Source: Gemmatimonadales bacterium (GTDB lineage: Bacteria; Gemmatimonadota; Gemmatimonadetes; Gemmatimonadales; GWC2-71-9). From it: a stretch of 64,000 bases of DNA. Shown one piece after another: positions 43,190-52,927 of this stretch. The notes under the pieces were generated by a model. It was not told the origin of the DNA, ran no database searches, and was given only the letters and a program-made list of their open reading frames with translations. Positions within the stretch are counted from its first letter, which is position 1. Each line of letters starts with the position of its first letter. Where the stretch lies: positions 9,591-73,590 of the forward strand of contig DASPXO010000245.1 of assembly GCA_035637235.1 (NCBI GenBank), in the 5' to 3' direction. The position numbers and the translations under genes are program-made.

Positions 43190-45084
43190 GCGCGCCTGTG
43201 CGATCGCTCGGCCTCGCAGTCTCCGTGCTGGCGGCGACCGCGTGCGCGAGTGGCCGCAGCGGGGCCGCTCCGGCCCCGGCCGCTGCCCCCCGGGCCCTCC
43301 TCGCGCCCGTGCGGGAATCCCTGCACGTCGACGTCGTCTACCCCGGTCCCAGCGATGTCATCGAAGCCCACGACTCGTCGTTCCTGTACGGGGCGGTGCG
43401 GGGCGGCGCGCGACCCGACAGCCTCGCCGTCAACGGCATGTCCGTGCCCGTCCTCGCGACCGGGGCGTGGATCGCGTGGGTCGCGCTCCCCGACGACACG
43501 ATCGCCTCCTTCCGTCTCGTGGCTCGCGCCGGAGGCGATTCCGCGGTGCAGATCTTCGCCGCGCGCATCGCGCCGCGCTTCCGCCCCCCCGACGGCGCGG
43601 CGTGGGTCGACACGACGAGTTTCGCACCGGCGGGCACGCTCGCGCTGCCCGCGGGTGAGGGCATCCGGCTCGCGGTCCGCGCGGCGCCCGGGGCCAGCGT
43701 GCGGTTGCGGCTCCCCTGGGGCGCCACTGTCGCGTTCGTGCCCGACACGTTGCCCGGCGAGCCCGCCTGGGGGGTGCGCGCCTTCGCCACGACCGCCGCG
43801 GCGTACCGGCTGCCGCCCGCGCCCGACCGCTACGCCGCGTGGCTCCCTGCCGCGGCGCTGTGCGCGGACGGACAGACCGCCTGCGCGATGCTCGAGGTCG
43901 TCGCCGGTTCGGACACCGCGAGCGCCCGGTGGCCGCTCAGCGTCGGCCTCGTGGACCTGGCGTTCCCCACCGTCGTGGTACTCAACGACGATACCGCCCA
44001 CGTCGGCACCACCGACAGCATGACGACGGGGAAGGCGGTGCCCGGCGGCACCTACAACTGGTTCTTCCCCACGGGCACGACGGCCGTGCTGTCGGGACGC
44101 TGGAACGATCAGGTGCGGCTGCAACTGTCACGGGGCGCGGTGGCGTGGGTGAACGCAGCGGACGTCGTGCCCCTCCCCGCGGGCACGCCGCCGCCCGGCG
44201 GCGTGGTTGGCTCGGTGCGCCTCGAGCCGCGACCGGCCGCCGTCACGCTGCGGGTGCCGCTGCCCGCGAAGCTGCCGTTCCAGGTGACGGAGCAGGAGCG
44301 GAGCCTCACGCTGCGGATCTACGGCGCGGGGTCGGACATCAACTGGATGCAGTACGGCGGGACCGATCCCCTGGTGGCCCGGATGAGTTACGCCCAACCG
44401 GCCGCGGACGAGGTGACGATCGGCGTGGAGCTGTCGCGGCGCGTGTGGGGCTACCGCACGCGCTTCGAGGGGCGCGACCTGCTGCTGGAGATCCGCCGTC
44501 CGCCCGAGATCGATCGCAACCGCCCGCTCAAGGGGCGCACCATTGTGCTCGATCCGGGTCACCCTCCCGCCGGCGGCAAGGGACCGACCGGCCTGCGAGA
44601 GCCGGTGGCGACGCTGGCGGTCGCCGTCAAGGCGAAGGCCTTGCTCGAGCGGGCGGGCGCCACGGTCCTGCTGACACGCAGCGGCGCCGCGCCCGTTGAC
44701 CTGTACCCGCGTACCCGCTTCGCCGAGCAGCACGATGCTGACGTGCTCGTCTCGATCCACGCGAACGCCCTCCCCGACGGCGTGAACCCGTTCGTCAGCA
44801 ACGGCACGAGCGTGTACTACTTCCACCCGCGCAGCGCGCCGCTCGCCCGCGAGCTGGACCGCGCGCTCGTGGCCGAGCTGGGCGTGCGCGACCTTGGCAT
44901 GGGACGGGGGGACTACGCGGTGGCGCGCCCGACGTGGATGCCCGCGGCGCTCACCGAGGGGCTCTTCATCATGATGCCGGAGCAGGAAGCAATGCTCCTC
45001 TCCGAGGCCGGGCAGTGGCGGTACGCGCGGGGCGTGGCGCGGGGCATTGAGAACTTCCTGCGGGATCGGGCGCGGGAGCCGTGA
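43180..45084 (+). CDS. Lipoprotein with a large N-terminal domain and a C-terminal N-acetylmuramoyl-L-alanine amidase (Amidase_3) domain
   Basis: Signal and lipobox LAVSVLAATAC. C-terminal IVLDPGH, SIHANA, GTSVYYF and EGLFI motifs typical of AmiA/B/C-type amidases. Alternative start GTG 43198. Confidence 0.8.
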   Translation: MLACAPVRSLGLAVSVLAATACASGRSGAAPAPAAAPRALLAPVRESLHVDVVYPGPSDVIEAHDSSFLYGAVRGGARPDSLAVNGMSVPVLATGAWIAWVALPDDTIASFRLVARAGGDSAVQIFAARIAPRFRPPDGAAWVDTTSFAPAGTLALPAGEGIRLAVRAAPGASVRLRLPWGATVAFVPDTLPGEPAWGVRAFATTAAAYRLPPAPDRYAAWLPAAALCADGQTACAMLEVVAGSDTASARWPLSVGLVDLAFPTVVVLNDDTAHVGTTDSMTTGKAVPGGTYNWFFPTGTTAVLSGRWNDQVRLQLSRGAVAWVNAADVVPLPAGTPPPGGVVGSVRLEPRPAAVTLRVPLPAKLPFQVTEQERSLTLRIYGAGSDINWMQYGGTDPLVARMSYAQPAADEVTIGVELSRRVWGYRTRFEGRDLLLEIRRPPEIDRNRPLKGRTIVLDPGHPPAGGKGPTGLREPVATLAVAVKAKALLERAGATVLLTRSGAAPVDLYPRTRFAEQHDADVLVSIHANALPDGVNPFVSNGTSVYYFHPRSAPLARELDRALVAELGVRDLGMGRGDYAVARPTWMPAALTEGLFIMMPEQEAMLLSEAGQWRYARGVARGIENFLRDRAREP

Positions 45085-47954
45085 GAATGCGGATTGCGGA
45101 TTGCGGATTGCGGATTGCGGATTGCAGAGGCGGGCGTCGCTACGCAAACGACCTTCCCCGGCAATTCCGCATTCCGCATTCCGCATTCCGCATTCTTTTT
45201 CTCCTGTTCCTCGTCGGTCGAGCGGAAGCTCAGATTGATCCGTCCGGCAGCTGGCGCACGCTGCACACCCTGCACTTCCGCATTCACTTCCGCCCCGGCT
45301 ACCGGGACGTCGCATTCCTGGCGGCGCGGGAGGCGGAGCGCGCGTACGGGCTGCTCGCCTCGGAGCTGCAGCCGCCACGCCAAACCGTCGACCTCACGCT
45401 GGTGGACGATTTCGACGCCGCGAACGGCGCCGCTACGGTGTTTCCCTCGGACCGCATCTACGTCCTGCTTCCTCCGCCCGCGAGCGATCCCGGGCTGCAG
45501 CACTACGACAGCTGGCTGCGGCTCGTGACGACGCATGAGCTGACGCACGTCTTCCATCTCGACCGCGTGCGGCGCTTCTGGAGGACGCTGCAGGGCGTCT
45601 TCGGCCGGGTGCCGGGGCTGTTCCCGAACGAGTATCAGCCCAGCTGGGTGATCGAGGGGCTGGCGGTCTACTACGAGTCGAAGTTCACCAACGGCGGGCG
45701 GGTGAAGGGGAGCTTCCACACGCAGGTGCTCGCCGCCGACCGCGCCGGCGGGGTGTCGCGGGGGCCCTGGGAAGCGCTCCTGTTCACGCGCTGGGCCGAC
45801 GGCTTCGTCCCCTACGCCTACGGCGGCCGCTTCATTCATTATCTCGCGGACGCGGCAGGGGACTCCGTGGTGCCGCGGCTCGTCGAGGCGACCTCGGGGC
45901 AGCTGATTCCGTTTCGCGTCGGCCGGCAGATCCGGCGGGTGGCGACCGGGCGGACGCTGCCGCAGGAATGGCCGAAAGCCACGGCCCTCGAGCCGCAGCC
46001 GGGAGCCGTGCCGGCGCGCGGCGCGCGGGTGCTCGACGGCGAGCTGCGCACCGAGCCCGTGCCTCGCGTGTCGCCGGACGGCGGCCGGGTCGCGTACCTG
46101 CGAGACGACGGGAAGGGCGCGCGGGAGCTGCGCGTGCTCGATGCCGCGAGCTTCCGCGTGCTGCGGCGGCACCGCGTCAACGCTGCGGTGAGCTACGATT
46201 GGTTGGGCGACACGCTGGTCGTGGCCCAGCTCGACTGGACGTCTCGCTGGCGGGTGCGAAGCGATCTGTACCAGTGGCGGCCCGGGGGGGAATGGCGCCG
46301 GGTCACGCGCGGCGCGCGGCTGGTCGAGCCGGGGGGAGGCGGGGGCAGGCTGTCCGCCATCCGGCTGGTGGCGGCCGGGAACCGCCCGGAGCCGGCGGGC
46401 CCGGCGGGCCCGGCGGGAGCGACGTGGGGCGCGGTCGCGGCTTCCCCCGACGGGCGCCGCGTTGCGGGCACCCGGAACGCGGACGGCCATTGGGCGCTGC
46501 TGCGCTGGCCGGCCGACTCCCCCGGCGCGGCTGTGGTGTTGCAGGCGTCGCGCGGCGTCATCTCCGATCCGGTGTGGACGCCCGCGGGCGAGCTGCTGTT
46601 CGTCGCTGATCCGACGGGATTCCCGCAGGTGTACGGCTGGCACGATGCCTCGGGGGCCGAGCCGCTCACCGCCGAGCCGCTGGGCGCCCGCGCGCCCGCG
46701 GCGCTGCCCGACGGGACGCTCCTGTACGCGACGCTCTCGTCCCGCGGCTGGGAGCTCCGGCACGCGCCGGCGGAGGCCGGCGGCGTCCCGGCCGCGTTCG
46801 CTGCGCCGCCACCGTTCGATTCCGCGCCGCCCGCGCGGGTGCGCGAGACCGGCTACGCCGCGTGGCCCTCGCTGCGACCGCACTTCTGGGTGCCCCTGTT
46901 TCTCGACGCGGGACCGAGCGGACGGTTCGTGGGGGGCGCCACGGCGGGAACGGACGCCGTGGGGCGCTCCGCCTACTTCGCCGCGGGTCTCGTGGCACGC
47001 GACCCCTTCCGCGTCGTCGGCTCGGTCGCCGGCAGGTGGAGCGGTCTCGGCAATCCCACGCTCGACGTCTCCGCTTCGACCACCTGGGAGGACGTCCGCG
47101 CCGGCGTCACGCTCTCGGAGCGTGACCAGGACGCCGCCGTGGGAGCGACGGTGGTGGCGCGGCGCTGGCGCACGCTCGCGAGCGTGCGCGTCGCGGGCGA
47201 ATTCGAGGGCACGCGTTTCGTGACCATGCCCGACACGTCGCTCGCCGCGGTGTGTGCGGGCTGCGAAGACCAGGACCTCGTCGGTGGATCCGTCACCGCG
47301 GGGCTGTCGCACGTCGTGACCGCGCCGCTCGCCGTGTCGCCTCAGAACGGCCTCGTCTGGTCGGCCACGTATCGCCGCCGGGACGAGCAGGGGAGCCCCC
47401 GGTTTTCGAACGAAGTCCGTTCCCGGCTCGGTCTGTACGCCCGGATCCCGGGACTCGGCGGCTTCGCCCACCACGTGCTCGCGCTGCGGCTTGCGGCCGG
47501 GGCGACCGGCGGGCCGCTGGGCTCGCGTCTCAAGGTCGGCGGGGTCTCCTCGAGCAGCGTGGATCTGGCCATCGGGCAGTCGCTCGGCGGGGCGCGCGCG
47601 TTCCCCGTGCGCGGCTATCGGGGCGGGGAGCTGCGCGGCCGGCGGGCGGCGACCGCGACCCTCGAGTACCGGCTGCCGCTCGCGCTCGTCGGGAAACCGC
47701 TCGGCCATCTCCCGTTCGGCGCCGACCGACTGTGGCTCAACGTGTTCGGCGACATCGGGGACGCGTGGGACCCGGGTGCCGAGCCGCGCTTCACGCGGCT
47801 GCGCTCGACCGGGCTCGAGCTCGCGGGTGACCTCACGATCGGCTATGACGTGCCGTTGCAGATCCGGCTCGGCCTGGCGCAACCGCTCGCCGATCCGCCG
47901 TCCGGCGCCGCCCGGCGCCCGCAGGCGTACCTGGCGCTGGCGTCGGACTTCTGA
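45081..47954 (+). CDS. Outer-membrane protein with an HExxH metallopeptidase-like domain, PD40/TolB-like beta-propeller repeats and an Omp85/surface-antigen-type C-terminal beta-barrel
   Basis: VTTHELTHVFH zinc motif. SPDGGRVAYL and SPDGRRVAG PD40-like repeats. C-terminal alternating beta-strand pattern ending YLALASDF (terminal aromatic). Hydrophobic stretch ILFLLFLVGRAEA-Q around residue 40. No canonical start exists downstream of the heptamer repeats, so the start is uncertain. Confidence 0.65.
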   Translation: MRMRIADCGLRIADCRGGRRYANDLPRQFRIPHSAFRILFLLFLVGRAEAQIDPSGSWRTLHTLHFRIHFRPGYRDVAFLAAREAERAYGLLASELQPPRQTVDLTLVDDFDAANGAATVFPSDRIYVLLPPPASDPGLQHYDSWLRLVTTHELTHVFHLDRVRRFWRTLQGVFGRVPGLFPNEYQPSWVIEGLAVYYESKFTNGGRVKGSFHTQVLAADRAGGVSRGPWEALLFTRWADGFVPYAYGGRFIHYLADAAGDSVVPRLVEATSGQLIPFRVGRQIRRVATGRTLPQEWPKATALEPQPGAVPARGARVLDGELRTEPVPRVSPDGGRVAYLRDDGKGARELRVLDAASFRVLRRHRVNAAVSYDWLGDTLVVAQLDWTSRWRVRSDLYQWRPGGEWRRVTRGARLVEPGGGGGRLSAIRLVAAGNRPEPAGPAGPAGATWGAVAASPDGRRVAGTRNADGHWALLRWPADSPGAAVVLQASRGVISDPVWTPAGELLFVADPTGFPQVYGWHDASGAEPLTAEPLGARAPAALPDGTLLYATLSSRGWELRHAPAEAGGVPAAFAAPPPFDSAPPARVRETGYAAWPSLRPHFWVPLFLDAGPSGRFVGGATAGTDAVGRSAYFAAGLVARDPFRVVGSVAGRWSGLGNPTLDVSASTTWEDVRAGVTLSERDQDAAVGATVVARRWRTLASVRVAGEFEGTRFVTMPDTSLAAVCAGCEDQDLVGGSVTAGLSHVVTAPLAVSPQNGLVWSATYRRRDEQGSPRFSNEVRSRLGLYARIPGLGGFAHHVLALRLAAGATGGPLGSRLKVGGVSSSSVDLAIGQSLGGARAFPVRGYRGGELRGRRAATATLEYRLPLALVGKPLGHLPFGADRLWLNVFGDIGDAWDPGAEPRFTRLRSTGLELAGDLTIGYDVPLQIRLGLAQPLADPPSGAARRPQAYLALASDF
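45088..45195. repeat. Heptamer tandem-repeat inverted structure, (TGCGGAT)x5 ... (ATTCCGC)x4
   Basis: Left block 45088-45122, right block 45164-45195, about 40-nt spacer. As RNA the arms pair 6 of 7 per heptad, with one U-U mismatch. Lies at the very 5' end of the 45081-47954 ORF. Same GCGGATT heptad as the 19400-19481 element. Confidence 0.9.
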
Positions 47955-48005
47955 CGCCGGATGTCGGGATGAACGCCCGCTGGCGGCGCGGGATATAATT
48001 GAGTC

Positions 48006-50255
48006 ATGCGGGCCACGCTGGGCGTCCTGCTCGCGCTTGCCGCCGCGGGGCCGCGGTCGCTGTTCGCGCAGGCTCCCGCCGAGCGCGCCGCGCTGGAAGC
48101 GCTGCGGGACTCGCTGGCGCGCGCGCCGGACTCGGTGGCGCTCCGGCGCCTCGAAGCGGCGACCATCGCCGTGGCGAAGCAGCATCGGGACTCCGCGTTG
48201 CTGCACCTCCGGCTCGGGTTCATCGCGTACCGCCTTGGCGAGCTGGCGCGCAGCAAGGACCACTTCGACGACGCGGCCGGGGAGTTCGAATGGGCGAGCG
48301 AGCTGCAGTCCGATTGGCCGTACCCGTGGTACGGGCTGGGGCTCGCCGAGCTGGCGCAGGGTGAGCACTCCGCAATCGCGATCGAGAACCTCCGGCAGGT
48401 CCTCGGCAAGGACTACCTGAGCCAGGCGGGGCGCGCCTTCGCCCGCGCCACGCAGGCGGACCCCGGCTTCGCGAGCGCGGCCATCGACCTCGCGGACGCC
48501 GCGCTGTCACAGCGCATCGGGCCGCGCCTCCAGGTGGCGCTCGCGGCGGTGCGGCTCGCCGCCGCCTCCCCCGCGGGTCGGAACCCGGCCGTCCAGCTCG
48601 TCCGCGGCCGGGTGGAGCGGGAGGCGGGCGACGCGGACTCGGCCCTCACCGCGTTTCAGGCCTACCTCGCGATCGGCGGCGACTCGGGGTTAGGACTCTT
48701 GGAGCTCGCGCGCTCGTATTACTTCGCGGCGCGGCAGGCGGACGGTTGGCGCACCTATTTCGCGGGCGCGCGCGCGGCGCGCACGGCGGACGCGGTGGCG
48801 TTGTACCGGGCCGACTTGAGTTTCGTCGCGAGCCCCGACGAGCTGACCCCGTTCGACGGCTTCACGTCGCCCGAGCCGCGCGCGGCGTGGCTGGAGCGGT
48901 TCTGGGCGCGGCGCGACGTGGCGGAAGCGCGCAGCCCCGGCGAGCGGCTCGCCGAGCACTATCGGCGCTGGTTCTACGCCCGCCACAACTTTCGCCTCGT
49001 CAGCCGCCACCGGCACTACGACATCACCGAGCGCTACCGGTCCGACCAGAGCGAGTTCGACGACCGCGGGATCATCTACTTGCGGCACGGTGACCCGGAC
49101 GCCCGGGCGAGCTATCCCGCGATCCCCGACCGGCTCGAGCCGAACGAGACGTGGGTGTATCACCGGAGACCGGGGGACCTCGTCTTCCATTTCGTGGCGC
49201 GGCGTGACGTGCAGGACTACAAGCTCGTGGAGAGCCTGGCCGACGCGCTGACCGCGGGGCTCGCGGGTGCCATCGCGCTCCAGAGCGGCCGCCCGTTCGA
49301 CCCAGTGCTCTCGGACTTCTTCGCGTCCCGCGCGCACATCAGCCCGGTGTACGGGCGACTCGGCAACACCGTCGGTTCGGTTGCCGCCCGCGGCGCGCTG
49401 ACCGCGGAGCGGGAGGCGGGCCACCGCAGCATCGCCCTCGGCACGATCACCGACACCTATCACCGGACCTTCGCGCAGCCGTTCGAGACGGTCGTGTCGG
49501 AGTTCGCCGTCGGCGCGCGCGGCGGGACCGGGCAGATGTTGCACGTGCTGTTCGCGATTCCGGCGCAGCGCCTCACACCCGTGCGCGATGCAGATCGCGC
49601 GATCTATCCGCTGTCGTTCCGCCTGTTCGTGTCGGACACGACGGAGAGCCTCGTGGCGCGCCTGGACACGACGCGCGTGTTCGCCGCCCGGGAGCCGCTG
49701 CGGGGCGGGATGTATCTCACCGGGCGGCTCGCGCTCGCCGTGCCTCCCGGCACCTACCGGTACCGGCTGCTCGTGGAGGAGCGGGGGAGCGATGCGGGTG
49801 ACCTCGTGACGCGCGACTCCGTCGTCGTCGGCGCCCTCGACGGGGCGCGCTTCGCGGCGAGCGATCTCGTGCTCGGCCGCGAGGGCTCGGGGCTCGTGTG
49901 GACGCCCGGCCCGGACACCGTGCCGCTCAACCCGCTCGGCCGTTTTCCGGAGGGCGGATCGGTGGAGCTCTACTACGAAATCTACGGGCTCGCGGCGGGC
50001 GCGCCCTACCACACGGTCGTGCGGCTCGGGCGCGACGGCGGGCGATCGCTGTTCCGCCGGCTGTTCGGCGGCGGGCAGGCCCCTGTGCGGTTCGAGTTCG
50101 ACGCGCCGGCCGACGGGCCGGTGACGCGCGTGCGTCGCGCCGTGGAGCTGCGCGACGCCTCCACAGGCAGCTACGTCCTGTCGGTCGAGATCCGCGACCC
50201 CGTGACGGGCGCGTCGCTCGTGCGCCGCGGCCGATTCGTCGTCGTGTCGCGCTGA
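48006..50255 (+). CDS. Secreted TPR-like / GWxTD-domain-like protein
   Basis: Signal peptide LLALAAAGPRSLFAQA. The central segment W..FW.RRD.......N....EHYRR..YA...F.........DDRG.IYLRHG.PD resembles the GWxTD (TIGR04514) pattern as I recall it, with EFDDRG in place of GWxTDRG. Confidence 0.5.
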   Translation: MRATLGVLLALAAAGPRSLFAQAPAERAALEALRDSLARAPDSVALRRLEAATIAVAKQHRDSALLHLRLGFIAYRLGELARSKDHFDDAAGEFEWASELQSDWPYPWYGLGLAELAQGEHSAIAIENLRQVLGKDYLSQAGRAFARATQADPGFASAAIDLADAALSQRIGPRLQVALAAVRLAAASPAGRNPAVQLVRGRVEREAGDADSALTAFQAYLAIGGDSGLGLLELARSYYFAARQADGWRTYFAGARAARTADAVALYRADLSFVASPDELTPFDGFTSPEPRAAWLERFWARRDVAEARSPGERLAEHYRRWFYARHNFRLVSRHRHYDITERYRSDQSEFDDRGIIYLRHGDPDARASYPAIPDRLEPNETWVYHRRPGDLVFHFVARRDVQDYKLVESLADALTAGLAGAIALQSGRPFDPVLSDFFASRAHISPVYGRLGNTVGSVAARGALTAEREAGHRSIALGTITDTYHRTFAQPFETVVSEFAVGARGGTGQMLHVLFAIPAQRLTPVRDADRAIYPLSFRLFVSDTTESLVARLDTTRVFAAREPLRGGMYLTGRLALAVPPGTYRYRLLVEERGSDAGDLVTRDSVVVGALDGARFAASDLVLGREGSGLVWTPGPDTVPLNPLGRFPEGGSVELYYEIYGLAAGAPYHTVVRLGRDGGRSLFRRLFGGGQAPVRFEFDAPADGPVTRVRRAVELRDASTGSYVLSVEIRDPVTGASLVRRGRFVVVSR

Positions 50256-50259
50256 CGAG

Positions 50260-50289
50260 TTGACACCCGCTCCGGCGGCTCCCTAAGTT
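50260..50289 (+). promoter_or_regulatory. Putative promoter TTGACA-18-TAAGTT upstream of the second kinase gene
   Basis: Consensus -35 and TAnnTT box counted directly. A GGAG Shine-Dalgarno follows at 50302-50305. Confidence 0.45.
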
Positions 50290-50311
50290 TCCCGCACTCC
50301 CCGGAGAATGG

Positions 50312-52230
<1,919 letters not shown>

Positions 52231-52258
<28 letters not shown>

Positions 52259-52764
52259 TCAACATCCATCCGACGGCCTTCATCGCCCCCGGTGCCGTGG
52301 TGGTGGGCGAGGTATCGCTCGGCCCGCGTGCGAGCGTCTGGTACGGCGCCGTGCTGCGCGGCGACATGGAGCCGATCGTGGTGGGGGAGGCCACCAACCT
52401 CCAGGACGGCACGATCGTGCACGTGGACGCCGGCCAACCGGCGCGCATCGGCGCCCGGGTCGGGGTCGGGCACGGCGCCATCCTGCACGGCTGCATCGTG
52501 GAGGACGACTGCCTCATCGGCATGGGCAGCATTCTTCTGAACGGCGTCCACATCGGCACGGGGAGCGTGGTGGCGGCGGGTGCGGTCGTGCCGGAGGGCA
52601 CCCGGGTGCCGCCCGGATCGTTGGTCGTTGGAGTCCCGGCGCGGGTGACGCGGCCCGTGGACGAGCCCCTGCGGCAGCGGATCCGCCAGAATTGGGAGCA
52701 CTACGTGGCGGAGGCGGAGCGCCACCGCGGGCACCGCTTTCCACCCGCGCAGCCAAGTTTGTGA
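52231..52764 (+). CDS. Gamma-class carbonic anhydrase-like / hexapeptide-repeat (LbH) protein
   Basis: I.P.AFIAPGAVVVGEV.LG...SVWYGAVLRGD...I.VG..TN.QDG...H is typical of the YrdA/PaaY family. No canonical start lies after the kinase stop, so GTG 52231 (or 52222), overlapping the kinase 3' end, was chosen. Confidence 0.8.
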
Positions 52765-52778
52765 TGTGAATTGGGGAA

Positions 52779-52799
52779 AGCGCCCGTGCGGCGGGCGCT
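52779..52799 (+). terminator. 8-bp GC stem-loop AGCGCCCG-tgcgg-CGGGCGCT after the LbH gene, with no T-run
   Basis: Read directly. Function uncertain. Confidence 0.3.
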
Positions 52800-52927
52800 C
52801 TCGTGCGTGGTTGCCCGGAGGCGCACGCGGGCCTACCTTGGCCCTCCGCGCTCTACAGCCCGCGCTGTTAAATTCCACATAGCTGGATGGTTTGTGGGCA
52901 CGCTCACTCCCTGAGGGACGAGCCAGC

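Noticed and set aside
45088-45195. Short tandem repeats here and at 19400-19481 considered as a possible CRISPR array.
   Set aside because: The period is 7 nt with no spacers. The blocks are mutually complementary arms of a hairpin, and no cas genes are present.
52765-52927. Possible cobalamin riboswitch or NrdR boxes upstream of nrdJ.
   Set aside because: No B12-box-like sequence is present. The only symmetry is CCACA-N13-TGTGG (52875-52897), which does not match the 16-bp NrdR palindrome I recall and is not duplicated. Too weak to call.
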